From the NCBI GenBank assembly GCA_041690135.1, contig JAWLHY010000003.1:512001-576000 (forward strand): DNA of 64,000 nt, in the 5' to 3' direction. Positions 40,528-50,835 of the stretch are shown piece after piece. Origin of the DNA: Armatimonadota bacterium (GTDB taxonomy: Bacteria; Armatimonadota; SYMT01). The position numbers were made by a program, and so were the translations under genes. Position 1 is the first letter of the stretch, and every line of letters begins with the position of its first letter. The notes below the pieces were generated by a model. The model searched no databases and was not told the origin of the DNA. It was given only the letters and a program-made list of their open reading frames with translations.

Positions 40528-42631
40528 TGAGGCGTCCTAGCTGAAAGACCAGGGTGGCGCCGCCCCAGGCCAGGACCGCCATGTAGCCCCACTGGAGCAG
40601 GGCCCACTTCCAGCTTCCGGTCTCGCGCCGGACGACCGCCATGGTGGAGACGCACTGCATGGCGAGGACGTAGAAGACCAGCAGCGCCAGGGCGGATGCC
40701 GGGGAGAACCGGGGGGCGCCGGTGGTCGGGTTGACTTCGGCGCGCATCTGGTCCCGCACGGAGACCGAAGCTTTCTCCTCGTCCGCGTCTTCCACGTTGT
40801 AGACGATGGCCATCGTGCTCACGAAGACCTCGCGCGCGGCGAACGAGCCGAGGATGCCGATGCCGACCTTCCAGTCCATCCCGAACGGCTGAATGAGCGG
40901 CTCCAGCAGGTGCCCGGCCCGGCCGGCGACGCTGTGCTTCAGGCGCTCGCTCCGCGGCTGCGAGGCGTTGCCGGGGAAGTTCATCGCGAACCAGAGCACG
41001 ATGCTGATGGCGAGAATGATCGTTCCGGCCCGCTTCAGGAATTCGGAGCCCCGCTGCCAGGTCTGCAGCGATACCGTCTTCAGGGAAGGCACCTTGTACG
41101 GCGGAAGCTCGATGAGGAACAGCGGGGCTTCCCCTTTGAACAGCGTCCGCTTGAAGAGAGAGGCCATGCCCAGGGCGGCGACGAGCCCCAGGATATAGAG
41201 CGATACCATCACCAGCGCGGGCACGGAGACCACGCCCCACAGTTTGGCGGCGGGGATGAACCCGGCGATGAGGAGCGTGTAGACCGGCAGGCGGGCGCTG
41301 CAGCTCATCAGGGGCGCAACGAGAATGGTGACCATCCGGTCCCGCTTGTTCTCGATGGTCCGGGTCGCCATGATGCCGGGGATGGCGCAGGCGAACGAGC
41401 TGAGGAGCGGGATAAAGCTCTTGCCGTGGAGACCCACCTTACTCATCACGCGGTCCATCACGAACGCGGCGCGCGCCATGTAGCCGCTGTCTTCGAGGAG
41501 GCCCAGGAAAAAGAACAGGAAGAAGATCTGCGGTAGGAAGATGACGACGCCGCCGACCCCGGCGATGACACCGTCTAACACCAGGTCACGCAGGTCGCCC
41601 TCCGGGAGGCGTGCCCCGGCCCATTCGGAGATCCACCCCTGGGCGGTTTCGATCCAGCTCATGGGAATACCGCTCCAGGTGAAGATCGCCTGGAACATGA
41701 GCCCCATCAGCAGGAAGAAGACCACGAACCCCCACACCCGGTGCGTGGCCACGCTGTCGACCCGGTCGCTCCAGGTAACGGGCATCTCTCCCTGGCGGGT
41801 CACGCGGTCGCAGACCTCGTTAATCCAACCGTAGCGGGCCTCAACGGGCGCGGAGAGGGGATCGATGTCCGCCGCTTCCAGCCGGGCCCGAGCCGCGTCC
41901 GCGGCTTCGAGCACGCGCGAGGAGACCCGCAGCTCGCCGGCGCCGGACGGCTCCGAGAGCAGGGCGATGGCCGCGAAGAAGGCGCCGGAGGCGGGGACGG
42001 CCTGCTCTTCCACCAGCATCCGGGCGAGCGTCTCGGCCTCGCGCTCCATGGCGTCGGGGAGGCGCCAGTGCCGGACCGGCGGAGCGGGAGCGGGACGGGA
42101 AAGCTGCTCGCGGATCTCCTTGAGCCCCTTGCCCCGGGAGGCCACGGCGGGGATGACGGGAATGCCCAACTCGCGCGCGAGGGCCTCCGCGTCGATCTCC
42201 AGGCCCACCCGCTCAGCCACGTCCGTCATGTTCAGGCAGAGCACCACGGGAAGTCCCAGGTCCATCACCTGCGTGGCAAGGTAGAGGTTTCGCTCCAGGT
42301 TGCTTGCGTCAACCACCACGAGCACCAGCTCCGGCGCGGGGGGATGGCGGGCGAGAAGAACGTCCCGAGCTACCTCTTCGTCCGGAGAGCGGGCGTTCAG
42401 GCTGTAGGTGCCGGGCAGGTCGAGCAGCGTGATATCCGTACCAGTAAGGCGGCCTTCCTTGCGCTCGACGGTGACGCCCGCGTAGTTCCCGACCCGGTGT
42501 CGCAGCCCGGTGAGGGCGTTGAACACGGTGGTCTTTCCGCAGTTCGGGTTGCCCGCAAGGGCCACGTAGCGGACGGCGGTTCCGTTCGACGTTCCGGCGA
42601 CCTCGGCGGGACGCCCGGCGACAACACTCAT
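40514..42631 (-). CDS. feoB: Ferrous iron transporter B
   Basis: GNPNCGKT, NYAGVTVE, DLPGTYSL, NLERNL, LEDSGYMARAAF, MSCSARLPVY and AAREVFV motifs. Confidence 0.97.
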   Translation of the reverse strand: MSVVAGRPAEVAGTSNGTAVRYVALAGNPNCGKTTVFNALTGLRHRVGNYAGVTVERKEGRLTGTDITLLDLPGTYSLNARSPDEEVARDVLLARHPPAPELVLVVVDASNLERNLYLATQVMDLGLPVVLCLNMTDVAERVGLEIDAEALARELGIPVIPAVASRGKGLKEIREQLSRPAPAPPVRHWRLPDAMEREAETLARMLVEEQAVPASGAFFAAIALLSEPSGAGELRVSSRVLEAADAARARLEAADIDPLSAPVEARYGWINEVCDRVTRQGEMPVTWSDRVDSVATHRVWGFVVFFLLMGLMFQAIFTWSGIPMSWIETAQGWISEWAGARLPEGDLRDLVLDGVIAGVGGVVIFLPQIFFLFFFLGLLEDSGYMARAAFVMDRVMSKVGLHGKSFIPLLSSFACAIPGIMATRTIENKRDRMVTILVAPLMSCSARLPVYTLLIAGFIPAAKLWGVVSVPALVMVSLYILGLVAALGMASLFKRTLFKGEAPLFLIELPPYKVPSLKTVSLQTWQRGSEFLKRAGTIILAISIVLWFAMNFPGNASQPRSERLKHSVAGRAGHLLEPLIQPFGMDWKVGIGILGSFAAREVFVSTMAIVYNVEDADEEKASVSVRDQMRAEVNPTTGAPRFSPASALALLVFYVLAMQCVSTMAVVRRETGSWKWALLQWGYMAVLAWGGATLVFQLGRLIGLG

Positions 42632-42879
42632 GCCTGGCTCTCGGTTTCGACGATAACGGATTCGGCTTCCTGGCGGCGGAGGGAGAGGTGGCTGCCTCTC
42701 ACCTTGATCTCCAGAGGATCCCCGAGCGGCGCCACGCGGATGAATTGTACCGGGGCGCCCCGGATCAGGCCCATTTCCTGAAGACGCTGGCGGCCGGCGG
42801 AAGTAAGGGCCGAGCCCTCAATCCGTCGGACTTTGCCGGCTTGCCCAGGGCGGAGCTGGGTCAAAGGACACTCGACCAT
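42628..42879 (-). CDS. feoA: FeoA
   Basis: RLQEMGLIRG...APLGDPLEIKVRGSHLSLRRQEA. Confidence 0.93.
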   Translation of the reverse strand: MVECPLTQLRPGQAGKVRRIEGSALTSAGRQRLQEMGLIRGAPVQFIRVAPLGDPLEIKVRGSHLSLRRQEAESVIVETESQA

Positions 42880-42895
42880 AGCGGATGAAGCGATA

Positions 42896-43159
42896 TCAGC
42901 GGGAGAAAAGGGAGGGACGCGACGGGGCAGGGCGCGTGGCCCCTACCGGTTCGACAATGATCTGCCCGGCGAGCGCCTGGCTGAGCCCCACGCGCGCGTG
43001 CTGGATCTGGCAAATGCAGGAGGGCCCGCTCTGCACGCAGCGGATGACGGCATTCTCGGTGAAGCCCATCTCCCGGAGACGCTGGCAAACATCCGACTGA
43101 CCCTCCAGCCGGAGGACGCGAACCGAGGAACCGGGGCGAACGGCACTCAATGCAGTCAT
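42896..43159 (-). CDS. feoA: Second FeoA-domain protein
   Basis: LSAVRPG...RLREMGFTEN...RVGLSQALAGQIIVE; ATG 43159. Confidence 0.85.
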   Translation of the reverse strand: MTALSAVRPGSSVRVLRLEGQSDVCQRLREMGFTENAVIRCVQSGPSCICQIQHARVGLSQALAGQIIVEPVGATRPAPSRPSLFSR

Positions 43160-43242
43160 CAAATCTCTCCACCTGCGCGCGGACCGTCTTCCCTCATGAG
43201 GAGACCGCCCTTCCGGAGAAGCGCACCGCCAGTCTCTGCGGC

Positions 43243-43305
43243 AGTATATCATTCGGGCTTAGGCCGGTCAACGAGGGCTACATCTGCCCTTTAGCATGCC
43301 CTAAA
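43243..43305 (-). promoter_or_regulatory. feo promoter and DtxR/MntR-type operator
   Basis: Minus strand TTGACC-17bp-TATACT (43271 to 43243); palindrome TTTAG-CATGCC-CTAAA (43290-43305) resembles the TTTAGGnnnnCCTAAA box. Confidence 0.65.
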
Positions 43306-43579
43306 ACTGTTCGGTGTCCGGCACCGGTTTCCTCTCCCGCTCTTCCCCGAAAACCCGGTTCGCTACCGGCACAACCAAATCTCAACCCTCCTCCGGGTCG
43401 CAGTTCCGGTTGGGCTTCTCGGGCGCCGTAGTCCGGGCTGCGCGGGCTGTTCACGGCCGATTCTTGAACAGCACGGCCGGTAGCGGCATCTCAGATGCGT
43501 CACCGGTGACGAGCGGTGCCGGGGGGATGTCCCCTGGGCCCTTCGAAGCCGTCCCAACCGCGCTTGAAAGGGACGAGGG

Positions 43580-46500
43580 ATGCGTTTGCGGCTGATCGGT
43601 TTATTGGCGTTTCTGGCTCTCCTCTTTGGCTCGCCTGCCCGGGCCCAGTCCTACACCCTCACCCCCCTGGGCAGCCTGCCGGGCTATGCCAATAGCACGG
43701 CCACCTCCGTCAACAGTCTCGGGCAGGTAGCGGGGTTCGCGCAGAATGCTCCGGCTACCCCGTCGCGACCGTTCCTCTATGCGAACGAGACCTTGCAGGA
43801 AGTGGGGAGCACGGGAGCGGAAGGTCAGGCCCTGGGCATCAACTCGTCCGAGCAGATCGCGGGTTACTATCTGGAGGCCGGCCTCTCGCAACCATTCCTC
43901 TACGTGGCGCCGAACGTGAAGCACCTGGGCACTCTCGGGGGGACCGAAGGGGCTGCTTTCGCCGTGAACGAGGCGGGAGTCGTGGCCGGGTGGTCGCGGC
44001 TGGCCGGGGGCGCTCGGCACGCCGCCCGGTTTGCACTGGACGAAGAGGGTAACCCGCGGGCGCCCCTCGACCTCGGGACGCTCGGGGGAGCGGAGAGCTT
44101 CGCTTACGGTATCAACCTGTTCGGGCAGGTGGTCGGTGAGGCGCAAACCGCGGGCGGACAATTCCGGGCGTTTTTCTATAACGGCGTGATGAACGAGCTC
44201 CCCACCCTCGGCGGCAGCGGCGGCGTGGCGTGGGCGGTCAACAGCGGCCAGCAGGTGGTGGGGGCTTCCCAGGTCGCCGGCAACGCGGTGATGCACGCTT
44301 TCCTCTGGCATCCGACGCAAGGAATCCGGGATCTCGGCACCCTCGGTGGTTCGGAGAGCCACGCCCGGGCGATCAACAACTCCGGCCTGGTGGTCGGTTA
44401 CTCCACGCTGGCCTCGGGCAGCAATACCCACGCTTTCGTCTGGCACCAAACCAGCGGGATGGTCGATCTCAATTCCCTGTTGCCCAACGGTTCCGGCTGG
44501 GAGCTACTGGAAGCGCGCGGCATCAACGATGCCGGCCAGATCGTGGGAGTCGGACTGTTCGGGGGAGTGCGTGCGGCATTTCTGCTGACCCCGCCCGTGG
44601 CCGACTGCTCCATCGCCCTTTCTACGCCGCAGACTTCGGTCGCCGAGTACAGCCAGCTCACCTTCACCGTCACCCTCACCAACCACGGTCCGAACGGCGC
44701 GCCGCTCGGCCGCGCGATCCTGTCGCTGCCCAGTGGCTGGCCGGTAAACTCCGTCAACATCCCTGGTGGCACGCACAGCGTGCAGGGTAGCTCGGTGATC
44801 CTCAACTTCGGAGGCCTGACGAACGGGCAGATCGTGACGGCGGAAGTCGTCACTACGGCCGCGACCCCCGGGAATTTCGTCGTCACTTCTTCCCTACAGG
44901 CGAACAAGAACGACCCGGACGTTACGAACAACAGCGCCCAGGTCTCGCTCAGTGTCAGCGACGAGCCCCCCCTGGTGGACCTTCGCCTGCTGGTGGAAGC
45001 CACCCCGGAGCCGGTGGGCCGCAACCGGAATCTCTCCTACCACTTTATGGTGACCAACTTCGGCCCCGTGGCAGCGTCGGGGACGAACCTGGTGCTTTCA
45101 CTGCCCCTCGCGGCCACCTTCATCTCGGCCGAGAGCAGCCAGGGAAGCCTGGAATTCGTGCCTGGCAATCCACCTCAGCAGGGGGAGGAACAGCGGAATT
45201 TCGTCCTGGGAGGCCTCGGGATCATCGGAGTAGGCGAGACGGTTACGGGAACCATCGTGATCCAGTACGCCAACTCGGGGACCTACAACTACATCCTGAA
45301 CGTCTTCTCCACGGATACGGACACGCATCCGGAGGACAATGAAAGCAGCGGCTCGCACACGGTGGTGGCGCCCCTTTCGGCTAACCTCGGCCTCACGGGG
45401 GCGGACAGTCCGGACCCGGCGCTCAACGGCCAGAACATTACCTATACTTTCAACGTGAACAACCAGGGACCCGACACGGCCACCGACGTGCGGTTGGCGG
45501 TGGACCTGCCGGGAGGCGTTACGGTCTTCTCGACCAGCACTCCGCAGGGAGTAGCGATTGAGACCGGCGGCGATGTGCTGTTCAAGCTGGGGAACATCAA
45601 CAACGGGGCTACCGTCCAGGTCAGCGTGGTGGTGACGCCGGGCGGTACCGGTACCTACAACTACTCCGCCAGTGTCACCACCGCTTCCGATGAGGCGATG
45701 ACGGGGAATAACTCCGCCTCCGGCTCGACCCTGGTCCAGGCGGTCGCCAACCTGGGGCTGACCGCTACCGACTCCCCGGACCCGGTTTTCGTGGGCTCCG
45801 ACCTGACGTACACCTTCGACGTGACGAACGCGGGGCCGGACGCGGCTCCGAACGCCCGCCTGCTGGTGGACCTTCCCGCCGGGGTGGAGATCCGTTCCGC
45901 CAGCACGCCCCAGGGCAGCGCCACAACCCTGATGAACGGAGACGTGCGCTTCGATTTCGGGAGCGTGGCCAACGGCGCCAACCTCCGTGCTACGGTAGTG
46001 GTGCGCCCGCAGTCCGAAGGGGCCCTCGCCTATTCGGCAACCGTGAGCTCCGACGCGCAGGACTCCTCGATGGGGAACAACACTCGCGCGGGGAGCACGC
46101 TCGCGCGGTTGCAGGCAAACCTGGGCCTCACGGTCACCGACAGCCCGGACCCGGTGCTCGTCGATCAACAGTTGACCTACACGCTGACGGTAGCGAACGC
46201 GGGCCCGCACACGGCGAAGAACGTGCGCCTCACGCTCGACCTGGCGCCCGGCGTGCAGATCGTGTCACGGAATGCGCCGCAGGGCACGTCCGCGGTGGTG
46301 GGCGGCGACGTTGTTTTTACCCTCGGCGACCTGGCCAACGGCGCCACGGTGCCCTGCACGGTAGTGGTCACCAGTTCCCAGGAAGGCACCCTCCCTTATT
46401 CCGCCACCGTGGTGACCGACTCGGTCGATCCCGAGAGCGCAAACAATACCCGCTCCGGAAACACCGGGGTCAACGCCGGGGTGGTGCAGGCGAACCTCGG

Positions 46501-47977
46501 GCTCACCGCCACGGATGGGCCCGACCCGGTGAACGTGGGCTCGCAGCTCACCTACACGTTCGTGGTCACCAACGCCGGACCGGATGAGGGCCGGGACGTG
46601 CGGCTGGAGGTGGATCTCCCGGAGGGGGTTTCCTTCGTTTCCGCCAATGCGACGAAAGGAAGCGGCACCCTGGTCGGGGGGGATGTCGCGTTCACCTTCG
46701 GCAACCTGGCGAACGGCGAAGGGGTGACGGCTACCGTGGTGGTGACCCCCCTGCAGGCCGGAACCCTCGCCTACTCCGCCGTGCTGGAGACCAGTTCCGA
46801 AGACACGGACATGACCGACAACACCCGTTCCGGCACGACCGCCGTGAACCCGGCGCCCCTGGTGGCGGACCTGGGCGTGACCGCCACGGATGGCCCCGAT
46901 CCGCTGGTGGTGGGGGGGGAGATCACCTACACCTTTACCGTCACGAACCACGGCCCCGACCCGGCGAGCGGCGTGGTGCTGAACATCGATCTGCCGGCGG
47001 GAGTGCAGCTCGTCTCCGCCAGCGCGCCGGGGGTGCAGTTCTCCCAGGTCGACGGCAACCTCCTGTGCACCATTGGGGCGATGGCCAATGCCGCAAGCGT
47101 GCCGATTACGGTGAAGGTGACCGCCACCGCGGAAGGCGCGCAGGCGTACTCCGCAACGGTGACGACCACCGCGACCGACAACAACTCGGCGAACAACACC
47201 GTCGACGGCAGTACCACCGTCCAGCCGGAGCCGGTGGCGGATCTCACGGTGAACGTCACCGACACCCCGGACCCGGTCGACACCGGCAAGACGCTGACCT
47301 ACACGTACACCGTGGCAAACGCCGGCCCGGAGACCACTTCCGGCACGTTCCAGGCGACCCTTCCCGCGGGTGTTACGCTCCTCTCGGTGGTGTCGACGTC
47401 CGGCGAGGTCACCGTCGGCGGCAACGGCGTGACCTGCACCTTCACGGGCCTGGCCAACGGGAGCTCCTTCACGGTGACGGTGCGGGTCGAGGTCAACACC
47501 CCCGGCACGAAGACCGCCACGGGACAGGTGCAGGGGACGCTGGACGATCCCAACGAGACCAATAACTCGGCCACCGCTACGACCACCGTCAATGCAGTGG
47601 CGCGACCGGACCTCACGGGGACCTGGACCGTGCAGCCGACCCAGAAGGGAAAGAAGTTCAAGCGGACCCGGATGCGCTACACGGTGAAGGGCACTTTCAC
47701 CGTACAGAACGTGGGCACGGCGAACTCCAAGAAGACGTTCGTAACCTTCTACCTGTCGGATGACGCCGTGCTGGACGCCGGCGACAAGCAGCTCCGGCGG
47801 GTGACGGTAGCGCCGCTCCGCCCCGGCCGTGGCCTGAAGAAGGCGGTCACCACCGTAATGCCCGTGGACGAGAGCGCGGCCGGAAAGTACCTGATCGCGG
47901 TGGTCGACTCCGCGGCGAAAGCGGAAGAAAACAGCGAGGCGAACAACACCGTTGCGTCTGCGACCATCCCGGAGTAA
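43580..47977 (+). CDS. Large secreted protein: HAF-repeat propeller, about eight DUF11 Ig-like repeats and a CARDB-like C-terminal domain
   Basis: Signal peptide; DLGTLGG/HAF repeats; ANLGLT.TDSPDPV...TYTF.VTNAGPD repeats; C-terminal FYLSDD...ENSEANN. Confidence 0.9.
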   Translation: MRLRLIGLLAFLALLFGSPARAQSYTLTPLGSLPGYANSTATSVNSLGQVAGFAQNAPATPSRPFLYANETLQEVGSTGAEGQALGINSSEQIAGYYLEAGLSQPFLYVAPNVKHLGTLGGTEGAAFAVNEAGVVAGWSRLAGGARHAARFALDEEGNPRAPLDLGTLGGAESFAYGINLFGQVVGEAQTAGGQFRAFFYNGVMNELPTLGGSGGVAWAVNSGQQVVGASQVAGNAVMHAFLWHPTQGIRDLGTLGGSESHARAINNSGLVVGYSTLASGSNTHAFVWHQTSGMVDLNSLLPNGSGWELLEARGINDAGQIVGVGLFGGVRAAFLLTPPVADCSIALSTPQTSVAEYSQLTFTVTLTNHGPNGAPLGRAILSLPSGWPVNSVNIPGGTHSVQGSSVILNFGGLTNGQIVTAEVVTTAATPGNFVVTSSLQANKNDPDVTNNSAQVSLSVSDEPPLVDLRLLVEATPEPVGRNRNLSYHFMVTNFGPVAASGTNLVLSLPLAATFISAESSQGSLEFVPGNPPQQGEEQRNFVLGGLGIIGVGETVTGTIVIQYANSGTYNYILNVFSTDTDTHPEDNESSGSHTVVAPLSANLGLTGADSPDPALNGQNITYTFNVNNQGPDTATDVRLAVDLPGGVTVFSTSTPQGVAIETGGDVLFKLGNINNGATVQVSVVVTPGGTGTYNYSASVTTASDEAMTGNNSASGSTLVQAVANLGLTATDSPDPVFVGSDLTYTFDVTNAGPDAAPNARLLVDLPAGVEIRSASTPQGSATTLMNGDVRFDFGSVANGANLRATVVVRPQSEGALAYSATVSSDAQDSSMGNNTRAGSTLARLQANLGLTVTDSPDPVLVDQQLTYTLTVANAGPHTAKNVRLTLDLAPGVQIVSRNAPQGTSAVVGGDVVFTLGDLANGATVPCTVVVTSSQEGTLPYSATVVTDSVDPESANNTRSGNTGVNAGVVQANLGLTATDGPDPVNVGSQLTYTFVVTNAGPDEGRDVRLEVDLPEGVSFVSANATKGSGTLVGGDVAFTFGNLANGEGVTATVVVTPLQAGTLAYSAVLETSSEDTDMTDNTRSGTTAVNPAPLVADLGVTATDGPDPLVVGGEITYTFTVTNHGPDPASGVVLNIDLPAGVQLVSASAPGVQFSQVDGNLLCTIGAMANAASVPITVKVTATAEGAQAYSATVTTTATDNNSANNTVDGSTTVQPEPVADLTVNVTDTPDPVDTGKTLTYTYTVANAGPETTSGTFQATLPAGVTLLSVVSTSGEVTVGGNGVTCTFTGLANGSSFTVTVRVEVNTPGTKTATGQVQGTLDDPNETNNSATATTTVNAVARPDLTGTWTVQPTQKGKKFKRTRMRYTVKGTFTVQNVGTANSKKTFVTFYLSDDAVLDAGDKQLRRVTVAPLRPGRGLKKAVTTVMPVDESAAGKYLIAVVDSAAKAEENSEANNTVASATIPE

Positions 47978-47989
47978 CGGAGTGATCCG

Positions 47990-48490
47990 CGAATTGGGCG
48001 AAGGGTAGGAGCGCGGGCGTCTCGCCCGGCAGAAGTTGCGAGTACTGGAGTGGGGCGGGCGTCTTCGCCCCCCCGCGCTCGGTCACGAGCGGGGTAGCCT
48101 GGAGAGCACTGAGCGATTGCCTCCGCACCCCACCCCACTACCGGTAACCGGAAAGGTGGTGGTAGGGTCGTGGTCGCTGTCCCCGACCAGGATCATGCCA
48201 CTGTACCCGGAATGCATACCGGCAGCCACTATGCTGGCGGTAGGATGGGGGCGTACACCTGGCCCCCGAATGCATCACGGTGGTCGTCCCGTGCTGCGGG
48301 CATCTCGCCCGCCAGCGGGCGGCAACCCGAACATGGCTCCGGACCTGGAATGCATTCCAGCAGCTGCCCCACTCGGTCTTACTCTCTGCGCTGGCTACCG
48401 TGGCGGGCGAGACGCCCGCAGCACTTCCCGCCGCGTCCCTCCACCACTCCACCTAACCCATCCTCCGTATCCTGTCCATCCTGTTCCTTC
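47990..48490. repeat. REP family B cluster including an inverted doublet
   Basis: Copies at ~48011, ~48053 and ~48293 and a reverse copy at ~48402; GAATGCAT direct repeats lie in between. Confidence 0.75.
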
Positions 48491-48501
48491 CGTCCCGGAG
48501 A

Positions 48502-49530
48502 TCAGGTGGGCAGGGTCACGGCCTCGCCGGTGTCGGACGAGCGGTACACCGCTTCCGTGAACTCCATGTATAGGAATCCGTCCCGGAACGAGGGTTCCAC
48601 GGGCGTGCCCTCGCGGATCGCCCGGATGAAGTCCCTCTCCACGGTCCATTCCCGCACCAGGTCGGGCGGGATCGGAAGGGGCGCGGCCTCCCGGTCTTCC
48701 TTGCGGCCGCCGCGGATCTCGTCTGTGTCCAGGTTGTAGCGCAGGGTCCCGTCGGTGCCGTAGAGGTGGATGAAGTTGTGCGGGGCGTACCGGGTGACCC
48801 CGCTGAAGCTGTAGCTCCCCACGGCGCCGTTCGCCAGTTCCGCCGCGATGGCGACCGATTCGGCGATGCGGACCTCCATCCACTCTCCCGTTTCCGGGTC
48901 CCGTCGGCGCGGGGTATGCGTCTTGGCCACAGCGGACACGCGCCGGTGGGGACCGGCCCAGCGGTGGATCACCTCGATCCACATCCCCAGCGTCAGCGTG
49001 TTGTAGCCCTGGAGGGCGAAGTTCTGCCGCCAGTGGAGCGCCGCCGTGGGGTCCGCGTTGGCGGGGGAAAGCCCGGTGGCGTGGACCTCTCGCAGCTCGC
49101 CCAGGTAGCCATCCGCAATCAGCTTGCGGATAAGCCGGTCGCCCTTCATCCCCGCGGGCGGGGGGCAGAGCATGGCTACCTGCGCCGGGTGCGCTTCCGC
49201 GGCTTCCAGCATGGAGCGGGCTTCGGCGGCGGTACGCGCCATCCGGGCCTGGCAGAAGACGTGCTTCCCGGCGTTCAGCGCCGCAATGCTCATCTCGGCG
49301 TGAGTGTAAGGCCAGGTACCGATGAAGACGGCGTCCAGGTCGTCCCGCACGATCAACTCCCGCCAGTCGGTCATCACGTCCGGGATACCCCATTCGCAGG
49401 CCACCGCCTCTCCACTCTCCCGCGACCGGTTGCAGACCGCCGTCACGGCGACTCCGTCGATCCCGCGCAGCCCCGGCAGGTGCCGCAGCCGAACAATTCC
49501 TCCCGCCCCAATAATTCCGATTCTCAGCAC
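48502..49530 (-). CDS. Gfo/Idh/MocA family oxidoreductase
   Basis: RIGIIGAGG, AVCNRSRES, ALNAGKHVFCQARMA; GTG 49530 follows an AGGAG RBS. Confidence 0.9.
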   Translation of the reverse strand: MLRIGIIGAGGIVRLRHLPGLRGIDGVAVTAVCNRSRESGEAVACEWGIPDVMTDWRELIVRDDLDAVFIGTWPYTHAEMSIAALNAGKHVFCQARMARTAAEARSMLEAAEAHPAQVAMLCPPPAGMKGDRLIRKLIADGYLGELREVHATGLSPANADPTAALHWRQNFALQGYNTLTLGMWIEVIHRWAGPHRRVSAVAKTHTPRRRDPETGEWMEVRIAESVAIAAELANGAVGSYSFSGVTRYAPHNFIHLYGTDGTLRYNLDTDEIRGGRKEDREAAPLPIPPDLVREWTVERDFIRAIREGTPVEPSFRDGFLYMEFTEAVYRSSDTGEAVTLPT

Positions 49531-49826
49531 GTTGGCTCTCCTTTTGCTCCATCCGACGCACCCTGGTTCCTGGTACTCGTAGGGAACGTCTCGCCGTAGC
49601 GTTCCGCCGGCCTGAGTCTGATCCCGCCCTGCCAACTCGGAAAGGATCACGTGTAGGACCCAGTCCGGTTTGGCGCAACGGCTTCAACTTCGTCGACAGC
49701 GGAATGGAGCGGCGTCACATTCCCTACCGTCCGGGTCTCCCAAGGCGAGTTGAAGTCAGGACCAGTTCCATTGCGCCCTCGGTGGGCACGCACGGTAATC
49801 TCAACGCAGTATGCCGGATGCGCTAT

Positions 49827-50687
49827 TTAGGCGCCGAACACCTTGGCCCGCAGCGGAGTCTGGATCTCGTAGATGGAGCCCCCGCGCTCGTGCTTGGGAA
49901 ACGGCACCCGGATATCCATTTCCTTCACCCGGTAGCTCGTGGTGGGTCGGCCCCGCAGGATCTTCGCGTCGAAAGCGGCCAGGTCCGGCACTCCCAGGCA
50001 GGGCCAGGCGTCCACGGCCGCCAGTTCCAGCAGAAAAAGGCGCCGCGGCCGGTGGGAGGTGTTGATCCTGGACCCATGGAGGGTGCGGCAATGATGGATG
50101 CTGATACCCCCGGCGTGGACCGGTACCGGGACCGCCTCCCCGAGGTCGATCCCTTCCCGTGCAGGGTCGATCGCGCCTACGAAACACCCGTCCTGGTGGT
50201 GGTCCAGTACAGGCCAGCGGTGGGAGCCCGGCACCATCAGCATGCAGCCGTTCTCCTCCAGGCAGTCGTCGAGGGCGATCCCCACCGCCAGCACGTCGTC
50301 ATTCGTGTGGGGGTAAAAGGCGAAATCCTGGTGCCATTCCACCGGGCTCCCGTAACCGGCGGCCTTCATGTTCAGCTTGTTGCCGTGCAGCCGGATTTCG
50401 GGCCCAATCAGGGCCGTGGCAATCTCCAGCAGCCGCTCCGACTGCGCGAGGCGTCCAAAGTAGGGATGCGTGTTGATCGGCGCCTTTAGCCGCCGGACCC
50501 GCGGCTCCTCGGGGGAGTGCTCCGGCTCCAGGTCGTATACGTCGTTGTGCGCGGTGACCGCGCGGGACTGTTCCACCAGATCCTCCACGATCGCACGCGC
50601 CTCCGCCATCTCGGCGGGGGTAAAGACGCCTTCCACCGCCAGGAAGCCGTGCTCCCGGTAGAAATCGATCTGCGCCTGTGTCAACAT
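49827..50687 (-). CDS. Phytanoyl-CoA dioxygenase (PhyH) family Fe/2OG enzyme
   Basis: WHQD, NGCMLMVPGSH and HGSRIN..RPRR motifs. Confidence 0.92.
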   Translation of the reverse strand: MLTQAQIDFYREHGFLAVEGVFTPAEMAEARAIVEDLVEQSRAVTAHNDVYDLEPEHSPEEPRVRRLKAPINTHPYFGRLAQSERLLEIATALIGPEIRLHGNKLNMKAAGYGSPVEWHQDFAFYPHTNDDVLAVGIALDDCLEENGCMLMVPGSHRWPVLDHHQDGCFVGAIDPAREGIDLGEAVPVPVHAGGISIHHCRTLHGSRINTSHRPRRLFLLELAAVDAWPCLGVPDLAAFDAKILRGRPTTSYRVKEMDIRVPFPKHERGGSIYEIQTPLRAKVFGA

Positions 50688-50835
50688 CCGTGGTGCCCTC
50701 CACCCCAGAATTGGTCTCCACCGTTGGAATGCCCTTTGCCAATTCGCGAGCGGCCCGCAGGTGGGTTTGGACTGCCCCGCTCCTGCGGGAACACCGGCTG
50801 GCAACTGGGCAACGAATTAATGAAGGGAGCCGGGT

